The position numbers and the translations under genes are program-made. Below, piece by piece: positions 30,126 to 39,698 of a stretch of 64,000 nucleotides of DNA. Each line of letters opens with the position of its first letter. Within the stretch, counting starts at the first letter, position 1. The DNA comes from a virus. The DNA lies in the IMG/VR virus record IMGVR_UViG_3300033049_000013, positions 23,217 through 87,216 of that record; one strand, 5' to 3'. The notes beneath the pieces are model-generated. The model was not told where the DNA came from and did no database searches. It worked only from the letters and a program-made list of their open reading frames with translations.

Positions 30126-30875
30126 TTATGAAATTATAATTAGCCCATCAAATTCCGTACCTATTGAACTAGTTAGAGTGATGTCACCATTTGTAGCTAC
30201 AACAATAGATTCTAATGTCTGAAATACGCCAGGAGTTAATGCTGTTTTAGGAGATCCAACTGCTCCTGAATATACAGAAATTTGCAAGTTGCTACCCATA
30301 CCATGGGTTGATGCAAGTATAGTAATTTCTTCTGAGACAAAATCAGTACTTAAAAATGTTTCTGAATATTTCTTATTTACATATTCAACTTCTCCTGTTG
30401 AAGAACGTACCAATGAAAGTAATTGACCATTAATAGCAGTAGTAGCTGTTACATTAGCTGTTACGATTTCAACACCACTTGGTGATGTTAGTGTAGGTAC
30501 TATATTAATTGAGCTGTTACTACTTGAATTACCTAACACAATAGCACCTGATCCAGTTACACTGAAATTAGTACACTCAAAATCTATATCATTAGTTACT
30601 CCAATACCAAATCCGCTGATTGCTTCTATCACTCCTATATACAGGTTTCTAGTCTGTCCAGCTACACCATCTATGGTAGTATTTTCTTGAGTTAATATTC
30701 CACCTAGTGTTACTGCATTTGCAGCTTCAGTTAATCCATTGGAAAATGTATATGTAGTACCAGTAGTAAGTATTCTTGAATCTATATACTTTCTCAAGTT
30801 AAAGCTATTGTCAAATTTAATTACACTTTTACCTCCAGACACACGTGTTTTATTATCAAAAAATATATTTGTCAT
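30126..30875 (-). CDS. Putative fibre protein, 249 aa
   Basis: Thr/Ser/Gly-rich; TFSNGLT...VTLGG repeat-type segment; THGMG..LQISVY C-terminal fibre-like motif. Confidence 0.5.
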   Translation of the reverse strand: MTNIFFDNKTRVSGGKSVIKFDNSFNLRKYIDSRILTTGTTYTFSNGLTEAANAVTLGGILTQENTTIDGVAGQTRNLYIGVIEAISGFGIGVTNDIDFECTNFSVTGSGAIVLGNSSSNSSINIVPTLTSPSGVEIVTANVTATTAINGQLLSLVRSSTGEVEYVNKKYSETFLSTDFVSEEITILASTHGMGSNLQISVYSGAVGSPKTALTPGVFQTLESIVVATNGDITLTSSIGTEFDGLIIIS

Positions 30876-30888
30876 TATTATTATTTTA

Positions 30889-32406
30889 TTATGTTGTTAT
30901 TATATTTAATATATTATCGTTAATATCGTAAGTTAAAGTTTGTGTAATATATGTTAACGTAGCATTTCTAAATCTTATAGTTTCTATATTACTAGTATTA
31001 CCACTTGGATTACCTGCTACAATACCTGTGTAATAAGTAAATAACTTTTCATTTCCTTTAAGAAATTCCCAATTAGCATACTGTTCAAGTAGAAAAGATC
31101 TTCTTAATTGTTCTACAGTTTTATCTGTACTAGAAGCAACAGACTCGTCAACTACAGTAGGAATAAATACAGCAGCTTTCCATGTTCTAAGAGTAATAAC
31201 ACCATCATGTATAATTATACTGTCTACAATTTCAGTAGGTAAAGTATGAGTTCCAGGAATTAATTTAAAATTATTTGCACTTAATACCATCATTTTTAAA
31301 GCAGATATATGGTTATTCCATAAAGTTGCTAATTCAGTCATATTATTTACAATAATAGGAATTATAGATTGAGTATCTATTACAGTAAGCGCCATAACTC
31401 CTAACTGTGTTACATTAAAAGGAAAAATAGGTGTAATACCTGATTCTATATCTGCAAATTTAACTACAGCAGCTTCTTGATTACTAAGGAAGTTAGTTGT
31501 AGCACGAGCCTCATCAATTTGAGTTAACTGATTAGTTTTAGTACTTACTTTATTATCAATATCAGTTAATATGGTGCTTAATTTCTGTTCAGTAGCTTTA
31601 TTTGAATCTCTTATAAATAGACCAATTAAAGTATATGGCAAGTCTAACACATCTAAGTATGTAGTAGAGGTAAGTAAGTTATTCTCATACCTATCAACTC
31701 TAGTAATTAAATCTGTCAATGCGTAATTTAAAGGTGTAGTACCAAGAGTAGTTACTCTATAATTTGCAGGAAACCCACTAATAATGTTATTAAATTGTAT
31801 ATGTATACGTAAAGAATCATAAGTTAATCCTGTAGTATCAAAACTTAATTGTATAATTTGAGTATTAACACCTCCACCAAAGGGAGTACTTATAACCGAA
31901 GTTAAAAAAGAAGGCACACCTGCTGTTACACTGCTTAATGTAAATACACTTCCATTAGTTCCAGGAGTAGGCGCTATACTTTCATATACTAAAAATATAT
32001 TAACAATTCCTGTTGTAGGATACCCAGACACTATAGGAATTAATATAGCATAGTTTTGGTTACTTTCTAAGTAACTAAAACTACTACTAGTTATAGTAGT
32101 TATAACTGGAGCTGTTCCTCCACCAATTCCTAATGAATCTGAAGTAATAGTACCAAGTATTAATGTTGTTAGTATATCAGTATCAATACCTAGTGATTCT
32201 ATTAATTCAAAATCAACTTTATCAATTATCTCCTGTAATTTTATAATACTTACATCTTGTTTAGCTTCTGTTGAGAAGCCAACTATAGCACTTCCGCCAG
32301 TAGTTATTAAAGTAGTTCTAATTCTCCTTAATTCATGTACTACTGTCTTAAAGTTTACTGAATTAGGATAAGTAGCAGCTCCAGGATTTGTTGTTCTTAT
32401 AGCCAT
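30889..32406 (-). CDS. Putative fibre/structural protein, 505 aa
   Basis: Thr/Ile-rich; STEAKQ and ATEQKL repeats; C-terminal TQTLTYDINDNILNI. Confidence 0.45.
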   Translation of the reverse strand: MAIRTTNPGAATYPNSVNFKTVVHELRRIRTTLITTGGSAIVGFSTEAKQDVSIIKLQEIIDKVDFELIESLGIDTDILTTLILGTITSDSLGIGGGTAPVITTITSSSFSYLESNQNYAILIPIVSGYPTTGIVNIFLVYESIAPTPGTNGSVFTLSSVTAGVPSFLTSVISTPFGGGVNTQIIQLSFDTTGLTYDSLRIHIQFNNIISGFPANYRVTTLGTTPLNYALTDLITRVDRYENNLLTSTTYLDVLDLPYTLIGLFIRDSNKATEQKLSTILTDIDNKVSTKTNQLTQIDEARATTNFLSNQEAAVVKFADIESGITPIFPFNVTQLGVMALTVIDTQSIIPIIVNNMTELATLWNNHISALKMMVLSANNFKLIPGTHTLPTEIVDSIIIHDGVITLRTWKAAVFIPTVVDESVASSTDKTVEQLRRSFLLEQYANWEFLKGNEKLFTYYTGIVAGNPSGNTSNIETIRFRNATLTYITQTLTYDINDNILNIITT

Positions 32407-32423
32407 TATTTATTATTTATTTT

Positions 32424-32690
32424 TTAGTTTTTAGTCATTAAAACTCCTGCTGCTGTTTTATATAATTGACCTGTAGTCAAGCCACCTACACCTGCTGCAG
32501 TATCATCTGCATACACTGGTAGAGCCGCTGCATATATTGGTAGATAAGCATCTGTACGTATTGGAAAGTCAATATCTAAATATCTCTTAACGAACGTATG
32601 AATTTCAATTCCATTATCTACTTGTCCAATAACAGGTTTTCCTTTTGTTACTGTTAATTTTCCGCTTAATGTTAATTTTGGTAAAGCCAT
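32424..32690 (-). CDS. Small head-fibre-like protein, 88 aa
   Basis: LPVYADDTAAGVGGLTTGQLYKT tip-type motif; N-terminus shared with 27778..28254. Confidence 0.5.
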   Translation of the reverse strand: MALPKLTLSGKLTVTKGKPVIGQVDNGIEIHTFVKRYLDIDFPIRTDAYLPIYAAALPVYADDTAAGVGGLTTGQLYKTAAGVLMTKN

Positions 32691-32702
32691 TATTTAATTT
32701 TT

Positions 32703-32966
32703 TTATTTACATGTAGCGCAATTTCTACAATTTCTGTTTTTACGTCTACTTAATGCCATTATATAAGCATCTATTTTTTGAATTAAATCGACTGGAATTA
32801 AATCATTACAGTCGTTTGTTGTTTCTAGTGATTCTTGTACTGCTATGTATTGTTGTAACTTTCTTATTTCTAATCGAAGTTCAGCAAGTTCACAATCTAA
32901 TCCCCACATTATTTTGGCGGAGAATAAAATGCTGTACTCTACTAGTTTACATTTTAGTTCTTCCAT
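32703..32966 (-). CDS. Small Cys-rich structural (tail hub-like) protein, 87 aa
   Basis: C-terminal CRNCATC; follows a gene with a Cys-rich C-terminus; synteny. Confidence 0.45.
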   Translation of the reverse strand: MEELKCKLVEYSILFSAKIMWGLDCELAELRLEIRKLQQYIAVQESLETTNDCNDLIPVDLIQKIDAYIMALSRRKNRNCRNCATCK

Positions 32967-32969
32967 AAT

Positions 32970-34565
32970 TTAATATTTATTTTGACTAACACACCCACAT
33001 CTGTTTTCACCTGATATAACATTGTTTTGAAAAATAGCACAATCACATTCATCTAGTAAGGTCTCTAAGTAAGCATATAAGTCACATAGATTAGTACAGG
33101 GAATATTAAGACAACTATTAAATTGTATTAATGCATCGTATAATACTTGTACCATAGGGTCACAACCATGAGCTAATGCGCTGATTACTAAACAACGAGT
33201 CTCACAATCTACAAAAGTACAGCCAGTAATAAACGAATTACTAATGTCACTATTACTTAATGTAACTTGATAGACACCATCAAAGAATTTATCCGAACTA
33301 TAAATAGATGAACTAATGTTAATAACTGTATTATTGACATTTTCAACTACAGTAATTCCATCAGGAAAAGGAGGAAATCCTAAACTAGTAGTAACAACTA
33401 CTACATCTAATACATTACCTAGTCCTACATTAGGACTTATAGTATAATTAATAGTGTAAACATCACCGTTAATTGTAGTAATTAATATTGTTTTGTTCTC
33501 TACTATAACGGGGAAACCAGAACCTAAAGGATTCTCAATCAAAAACATCACATTTATAGTTAATGTATTTGGACTATTAGAAGTATATAATGTAGAACCA
33601 CTATTATAATCAGATGTATATTGAATACTCTGTACTAATGTGGCATCTATTCCTGTTATAAGAATATCTATAGTAGCAGTATTATAATTGTTACCGTTGA
33701 TATTAACTATCTCAGGTAAAGATTGTTCTGTACCATTAATACCATCCGCAACTAAATTATATCTAGGTGCTAATTCAAAGTTCATTGTATTATTACAACA
33801 ATTCTGTTCGATTTCTAAACCTATAAATTCAGTAGTTGGTTCAGGAGCTACTCTACCTGTTAATTGCTCTATGTAATCTTTAGATTCCGAGCTAACAGTT
33901 AGTACAGTACAATCACTATTAGTTGTTACAATAACATCCTTTGGATTTTCTATAACTGGAGTAAGTGTAACCTCAGTATAAAGCTCATCAATAGCAATAG
34001 AATTAACTGTATCAGTTATACTCAATCTAGAAGTAATTATATCAGTAGTAGCAAATTGATTCTCGAATATAGATAAATCTGTATTAGTATCATCATAAGA
34101 TGTATTATTTGTATAATCTATTTGGTATGTATTAAAGAATACTGTACCGCTATATAAGGCTGCTCCTACTATCGTAGTTTGATTATTATCAGGTAGATAA
34201 GTAACTAAGCCATTTGGTAATACATAAGCCGTTACACCTAAAAATATAACGTTGGTATTTACACCATCGTTTATTATTAGTATAGATGTTTTAGCTGTTC
34301 TATTTAATGAATCAGTTGTAGTTAACTCTACTCTAGCTCTATAAGTTGCTACAGTAGTAAATCCAATAGTAAACTCTTGTGTGTCAGAAGCTCCTCCTAT
34401 TACAGCTACACTAGAACCTGATAGTATAGTGTGAGTCCATGTCCAGCCAGTTACTGTAATTCCTTCTGATACGTCCGAAGACTCTATAAAAGAAAAGTTA
34501 GTAATAACAGGTACTATACCCGTAGAATCAGTACTACCAGTAAAAATAATTTTTGGTATAAGCAT
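32970..34565 (-). CDS. Tail hub-like protein with PKD/Ig-like N-terminal part and Cys-rich C-terminus, 531 aa
   Basis: GWTWT...YRARVELTTTDSLNRT is PKD-like; DGVYQVTL and a Cys-rich helical end (CGC); position after the auxiliary capsid gene. Confidence 0.5.
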   Translation of the reverse strand: MLIPKIIFTGSTDSTGIVPVITNFSFIESSDVSEGITVTGWTWTHTILSGSSVAVIGGASDTQEFTIGFTTVATYRARVELTTTDSLNRTAKTSILIINDGVNTNVIFLGVTAYVLPNGLVTYLPDNNQTTIVGAALYSGTVFFNTYQIDYTNNTSYDDTNTDLSIFENQFATTDIITSRLSITDTVNSIAIDELYTEVTLTPVIENPKDVIVTTNSDCTVLTVSSESKDYIEQLTGRVAPEPTTEFIGLEIEQNCCNNTMNFELAPRYNLVADGINGTEQSLPEIVNINGNNYNTATIDILITGIDATLVQSIQYTSDYNSGSTLYTSNSPNTLTINVMFLIENPLGSGFPVIVENKTILITTINGDVYTINYTISPNVGLGNVLDVVVVTTSLGFPPFPDGITVVENVNNTVINISSSIYSSDKFFDGVYQVTLSNSDISNSFITGCTFVDCETRCLVISALAHGCDPMVQVLYDALIQFNSCLNIPCTNLCDLYAYLETLLDECDCAIFQNNVISGENRCGCVSQNKY

Positions 34566-34579
34566 ATTGATTTAATATT

Positions 34580-34617
34580 AAAAAGCGGTGATGATTTTAC
34601 ACCACCAACCGCTTTTT
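34580..34617 (-). terminator. Intrinsic terminator
   Basis: AAAAAGCGGT...ACCGCTTTTT inverted repeat after the auxiliary capsid gene. Confidence 0.8.
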
Positions 34618-34651
34618 ATTAATTTATATATTATTTTACTTTTAACTAATC

Positions 34652-36046
34652 TTACAGTGCAAGGTTAGTATGAGGATATGTAGTACTATTCATCCAGTTG
34701 TTAATAGTAGTTTGAGCATACGCTTTTTGAGCATTTGCTACACCAGTAAATAACGCAAAACCAGTTGTAGTAAAGTTAGCAATTGGAATTACTGTACGTT
34801 GTGGAGAAATAGAAGGTAATCCACTAGACGCTGTTCTTTGTTCGCATGAGTCAATGAAGTAAACATCATAGATTGCTCCAGGTGTTAATTCTGTACCATA
34901 CTCTACAAAGTATTGTTGCCATGGTTTATTACCGATATAAGCACGGTGTCCTGCAGTATCTCTGTAGTATTGTAGAATCTCATCGTAGTATCCTGAACCT
35001 TCGTTAGGAGTAACAATATGGTCTGTGAAAGTTGAAGAACTGAATCCAGCCTCTAAACCAACTTGTATACGACTTTTGTTTTGATAAGCTTCTTCATAAG
35101 TAGCTTCTGTCGGATCTAATGCTATAAATAGTAATCTATCTACAGTAGAAGTTGCCACACCTGCTACACGTCCACCCGCAATTAAACGAGTAGCTACTCC
35201 TGTATTAGCAGTTGTAGCTAATGCATAAGGTATGATTTGTGAAGTACTAGGAATGTTACCAAATGAAACATCTATAATCTTAGTGAATGTTTCTTTCAAG
35301 TCAGCATCAATTACAAGACGAATTGGTTGACCTACATCAGAAAAACCAATTATGATGCTATCTCCTGGATTTAAAGCAGCAGCAGTAGCCAAAGTAATTA
35401 CATTTGTATTTGTTAAACTAGCTGTTGCAGCAGAATCAATACAAATTACTACACTTTCCATTTGTCCTTGCTGGTTATAATCAGCAGCTAAGTTATGTAG
35501 TAAATGATCTCTTTGTTGTGCATCAATAGTATATTGTGTAGATAATGTATAATCAGGTGTTGTAAAACGTCCTTGTTTATAAGGAGTATTATTACCATTA
35601 TATAAATCTACTTTCCAACCACGAAGTCCTGAATTCATAATGTATTCAGTTTCATCGTTGATTGGTACAATCCCAGGACCTGAACCTTCACCAATCATCC
35701 ATGAACTATTACGTTTCACTTCAGCAGCTCTACCCGTAGATCTAAGGAAACAGTTTGCAAAAATATCAGGTGACTCTTCAAAAACTCTAGGAGTTAATGG
35801 AGTTCTGATATTTGAATCATCTCTACGTTGAATGAATTTAATGAAATCTTGTGTACTTGAAGATACAGCTGCAGGGTCAAGCGCTGTTGGGTTCCCTGAA
35901 TTTACTGTACCAGTATAAACTCCAAATCCACCAACAACTAAGTTGATTGCATCTGTAGTTAAGTCATACAGTCTATCTCCAGCTGTAGGTGTAGCTGTAT
36001 TAGGGCGAGGAATAATAAAATTCTCTACTCTTGTTTTTATAGCCAT
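34652..36046 (-). CDS. Auxiliary capsid / major structural protein, 464 aa
   Basis: TPNEGSGYYDEI and AIYDVYFI motifs; position three genes after the MCP as in crAss-like phages; followed by a terminator. Confidence 0.6.
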   Translation of the reverse strand: MAIKTRVENFIIPRPNTATPTAGDRLYDLTTDAINLVVGGFGVYTGTVNSGNPTALDPAAVSSSTQDFIKFIQRRDDSNIRTPLTPRVFEESPDIFANCFLRSTGRAAEVKRNSSWMIGEGSGPGIVPINDETEYIMNSGLRGWKVDLYNGNNTPYKQGRFTTPDYTLSTQYTIDAQQRDHLLHNLAADYNQQGQMESVVICIDSAATASLTNTNVITLATAAALNPGDSIIIGFSDVGQPIRLVIDADLKETFTKIIDVSFGNIPSTSQIIPYALATTANTGVATRLIAGGRVAGVATSTVDRLLFIALDPTEATYEEAYQNKSRIQVGLEAGFSSSTFTDHIVTPNEGSGYYDEILQYYRDTAGHRAYIGNKPWQQYFVEYGTELTPGAIYDVYFIDSCEQRTASSGLPSISPQRTVIPIANFTTTGFALFTGVANAQKAYAQTTINNWMNSTTYPHTNLAL

Positions 36047-36088
36047 TTTTTTATTTTGTTAAATTTTTTCTAAAAAGTGTTGAAAAAA

Positions 36089-36856
36089 CTATTTGTCATT
36101 ATTGACTACGGCTTGAGATGATTGAAATCCGAATTGGTCTTGTATGTCTTTAGCAGCATACATGACAGCGTATTCTAAAATTTCATCATGGAAGTCGCTA
36201 TGAATGTCACAATGAACAATTGAAGAAAAAGAAGGTGCTTGGGTAATTTTATCATCTATGTGGATGTAAGTACCCAAGCACACTCTATCTGGTATCTTAA
36301 TGTAACTTAAGTGTACTGCAGTTACATTAAATTGTTGTTCTCCTTTAAAATTAGTTGTATCGAAATAGATACTAAATAAATCTTGATTTACGTTAGTAGT
36401 TAGTGTACTTTTTCCAAAAGTTGCATGAACTCTTCTCCATTCGAAGTTAGGTTCATTAAACGTATTTTTTCTATCGTCTACTTGCCAACTCTTATAATCT
36501 ATGGTTTCAATACATTCATCCTTTTTTATAGTAGTTCTAGCAGATGTAAGAAATAGATATGGAAATGCTAAGTCTTTTAATCTAACTTCATATATACCAT
36601 TACCTGAGTTCATAGGAACTAAAGCTGGTTGTACAGGATATTTTACATGTAAACTCATTAAATTACTGATTCTTTCCTGATTGGTCTCAAATCCTGTTTT
36701 CTTAGGATTATCTGTACCATAACGAGCTTTTACAAACTTCTTGATAGCCCTATTTATATAAGCATCTATCTCGTTGTCATAAAAATCAGGTCTATCTTGC
36801 GAAGCTACACGGTCAATTCTTAATTCAAATTCAAAGTGCATTTCATCTATCAGCAT
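36089..36856 (-). CDS. Tail ring / head-tail adaptor protein, 255 aa
   Basis: EMHFEF...EIDAYINRA...GFETNQERISNL...YIKIP...HDEILEYAV pattern of crAss-like ring proteins. Confidence 0.7.
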   Translation of the reverse strand: MLIDEMHFEFELRIDRVASQDRPDFYDNEIDAYINRAIKKFVKARYGTDNPKKTGFETNQERISNLMSLHVKYPVQPALVPMNSGNGIYEVRLKDLAFPYLFLTSARTTIKKDECIETIDYKSWQVDDRKNTFNEPNFEWRRVHATFGKSTLTTNVNQDLFSIYFDTTNFKGEQQFNVTAVHLSYIKIPDRVCLGTYIHIDDKITQAPSFSSIVHCDIHSDFHDEILEYAVMYAAKDIQDQFGFQSSQAVVNNDK

Positions 36857-36876
36857 AATAGTTTATTTTAGTTTAT

Positions 36877-37965
36877 CTAGAATCTAGTTTTTTCACGGTA
36901 TTGACCTCTTAGTTGTTCTACTTCCTCTTGGTATGCAGGTTCAACTAAAAATTGGCGAACAAATTGGTCTTTTGATTTCCATTCCCATGCTTCTTTCTTT
37001 CCACCATCGCCTGCTGGTTGTGACCAGTAAACTTTGTTATTACGTGAAGTTAAGATACCTGGGATAGATATTAAATCAAACAATTCAACATATCCTTCAA
37101 ATATTTCTCTTGAAACAGGATCTTTCCACAATTCATATACACTCATAAATTGCTCATAATTATCATCGCTAGCTTCTACATAGTTATTAATAGTAGCATA
37201 AGCATCTGATGGAGCAGCAGATAGTGCATGTAAGTCAATTGCTTTACAGAAGTCTATAATAGTTCTATCATTAAGAGACATAACCTCTTCAATTCTAGCA
37301 CCAAATTTATTCTTCTTACGGATGTCAGAAGCTTCTCTTGTTGAACGTTCTTGCTCATCTACAATGTAGTGAGTAGCATCAGGATTGTACGATAACTCAT
37401 CAAATGAATTAGCAACCATTTTATGTGACTTTAGCATGTAGTAGTTAGCTTCATGTATAGGATTATTTAAGTCAAAATAAGTAACCCCGTCATTTAATGA
37501 TACTCTTGATTCAGAACGTTGGTAGAAAGGAGCTTCACTAACTGCCTTAGAGGCAATAGTATCAGACACTTGTCCTGTATAGAAACCTCGTTCTTTACCG
37601 TGTTTATATTCTAGTAGTTCTTGTCTACGTATTTTTTTATTTTTAAGTACTGCTTCCCATCCTGATCTGTGGATTTCTAACTCTCTGTACGGATTGTCTA
37701 CAATTTCATCTAAACCTGTTACTAAACCATTACGTCCTAAAGGCGCACAATATTCAACTATTGTTCCTGGCAAACGTGATAAGTTTCTAGGTTCTTTCTG
37801 TTTTGTATGGTATTTCTTTTTACCATTAGACAAGGTACTGAATTTAGGTTTACCACCAGCTACGTTAAGTACTTCCATTCTTACTTTAACTGAGCATTTT
37901 TTATTTGGATTAGGTTCCACCTTAATTACATTAGGGCTTGTACTTGCATTAATTATCTTTGGCAT
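36877..37965 (-). CDS. Conserved crAss-like protein downstream of the MCP, 362 aa
   Basis: LVTGL and FDLNNPIHEANYYML motifs; synteny. Confidence 0.55.
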   Translation of the reverse strand: MPKIINASTSPNVIKVEPNPNKKCSVKVRMEVLNVAGGKPKFSTLSNGKKKYHTKQKEPRNLSRLPGTIVEYCAPLGRNGLVTGLDEIVDNPYRELEIHRSGWEAVLKNKKIRRQELLEYKHGKERGFYTGQVSDTIASKAVSEAPFYQRSESRVSLNDGVTYFDLNNPIHEANYYMLKSHKMVANSFDELSYNPDATHYIVDEQERSTREASDIRKKNKFGARIEEVMSLNDRTIIDFCKAIDLHALSAAPSDAYATINNYVEASDDNYEQFMSVYELWKDPVSREIFEGYVELFDLISIPGILTSRNNKVYWSQPAGDGGKKEAWEWKSKDQFVRQFLVEPAYQEEVEQLRGQYREKTRF

Positions 37966-38001
37966 ATTTCTTATTATTTATATTTTCCGAGTTAATAATT
38001 T

Positions 38002-38042
38002 AAAATGGTGGGATGATTACCTTTGGAGTATTTCATCCCACC
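38002..38042 (-). terminator. Intrinsic terminator after the MCP gene
   Basis: GGTGGGATGA...TCATCCCACC followed by ATTTT on the minus strand. Confidence 0.8.
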
Positions 38043-38078
38043 TAATATTATTAGTACAACATCTTAATTAGTTAGTTA

Positions 38079-39656
38079 TTAGTCAATGTTCAAGAATATA
38101 GCACCACATCTAGAAACATCGGCGATCATAAGACCTGCAGATTTCTCTTTGATTAGTTTATATCCTGATATTCCCCCTGCAAGTCCGTATCCACCATCAG
38201 TAATAGGTAGTCCTGATTTAGGATCCCATTTACCTCTATGTGAAATTTCGTAATCACAGTATTGTTCTTTAACCATACAAATGTTAGGGTCACTCATTCC
38301 AGTAGCTTGTTGCTTAGTAGTTCCAAAATCTAGAATATCTGCTCTCCATGAATCAATCGTATAGTTAGTGAAAACTGGATGCATTTTAGGCTGGAAGAAA
38401 CGATTATCGTATGATGGGTTAATCATTACTGATACATCCACGATGAATCCTTTATAACTAGCGAAATATGCACCGTAATCCATATGATGATAGTCACTTC
38501 CTGAACGAATGAAATGTGTATCCAATGTTAAGAAAGTAGACGAATCCGCTTTTACCATTGCATCAAACATTTCTGCAAATTTGATACCACAAGATAATAC
38601 AATTTTTGCATCACCTCTATTTCTTTTATCTTTTAGAATAGCTGTAAACCAGTCATTCAATTGAGATAATGTCATGTTACCATTATGTTGTAGTACGTTA
38701 GCTGACTCTAATTGCTCACGTAATCCTGAACCAGTAGTAATAGTAAATCCTTCACGAGACTCAATATGAGAAGAACGACGACCTAATACTAAAGCATCTT
38801 CTACATCAGAATAAATTCTGTTATGCATTTCTGCCTCAGCCATAGACATAAAGTTAGTCCATCTTACAGGATTACCTTGCTCATCTTGACTCATAAATGG
38901 AATACGTAATTGATTAACGTATTGTCCTAAGTTTTCATCACCATATTTTCCTTCATCTGCAACATTCTTAGCTTTACGAGCAGCTCTATCAGACAATTCA
39001 AATTTAACAGCGAATTGACCTAATTGACCTTCTGACTCAAAGATAGTAGCAAATTGGAAACCACCGAAGTCTTGGTTAGACTCGTTTGCAACCATACTAG
39101 AAACTTTACAGAACTCCATGTTTTCGTCAAGTAATTCTGGTGGGAAGAATTCAGCAGGATTATCAGTTACCAATTTTACACGGTAACGGTATCCGTTTGC
39201 ACCTTCAATAGCAGGCTCTTCATCCATAACATATAGACGGTATCTGTTATCTTCTCCTTGAATAACATCAGGTAGTTGGAACCATGGTTTATCTACTACG
39301 ATTTCAAATGATTGTAAATTCAATCCTGGTCTAGGGTCGGTATTTACTTTCTTAACTACTCTTAATTTTTGGTACATATCACCTGATAATCTCCAACGGT
39401 AAATATGATTTGTTAGTAACTTCATGTTACCTTTAGCTTCAGTCATCCCTACAAGAGGTTTATCATGATAGATGTCTGTTGCCGAGAATATTCTCGCATA
39501 ACCCATATTGATATTATGGGGTTGGTCGATACCGAAAGCTGCATGCAAATGTTGAGATTGCACTTCACCATATACTCCTAATCCTTGAGTAATACGAGTT
39601 GGCTTACGTCCGAATGATACTTGAGAATTTTTAAAATTAGTACCTTGTCCGTTCAT
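38079..39656 (-). CDS. Major capsid protein, 525 aa
   Basis: YRWRL, PGLNLQSFEIVVDKPWF, YRYRVKL and TGSGLREQLE motifs typical of crAss-like MCPs; downstream terminator. Confidence 0.85.
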   Translation of the reverse strand: MNGQGTNFKNSQVSFGRKPTRITQGLGVYGEVQSQHLHAAFGIDQPHNINMGYARIFSATDIYHDKPLVGMTEAKGNMKLLTNHIYRWRLSGDMYQKLRVVKKVNTDPRPGLNLQSFEIVVDKPWFQLPDVIQGEDNRYRLYVMDEEPAIEGANGYRYRVKLVTDNPAEFFPPELLDENMEFCKVSSMVANESNQDFGGFQFATIFESEGQLGQFAVKFELSDRAARKAKNVADEGKYGDENLGQYVNQLRIPFMSQDEQGNPVRWTNFMSMAEAEMHNRIYSDVEDALVLGRRSSHIESREGFTITTGSGLREQLESANVLQHNGNMTLSQLNDWFTAILKDKRNRGDAKIVLSCGIKFAEMFDAMVKADSSTFLTLDTHFIRSGSDYHHMDYGAYFASYKGFIVDVSVMINPSYDNRFFQPKMHPVFTNYTIDSWRADILDFGTTKQQATGMSDPNICMVKEQYCDYEISHRGKWDPKSGLPITDGGYGLAGGISGYKLIKEKSAGLMIADVSRCGAIFLNID

Positions 39657-39698
39657 TATTTAATTTGTTTGTATTTTTTTGTAATATTTTTGGTTGTA

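Noticed and set aside
34600-34605. CACCAC inside the terminator after the auxiliary capsid gene
   Set aside because: It is on the non-coding strand and part of the hairpin, not upstream of a + strand gene
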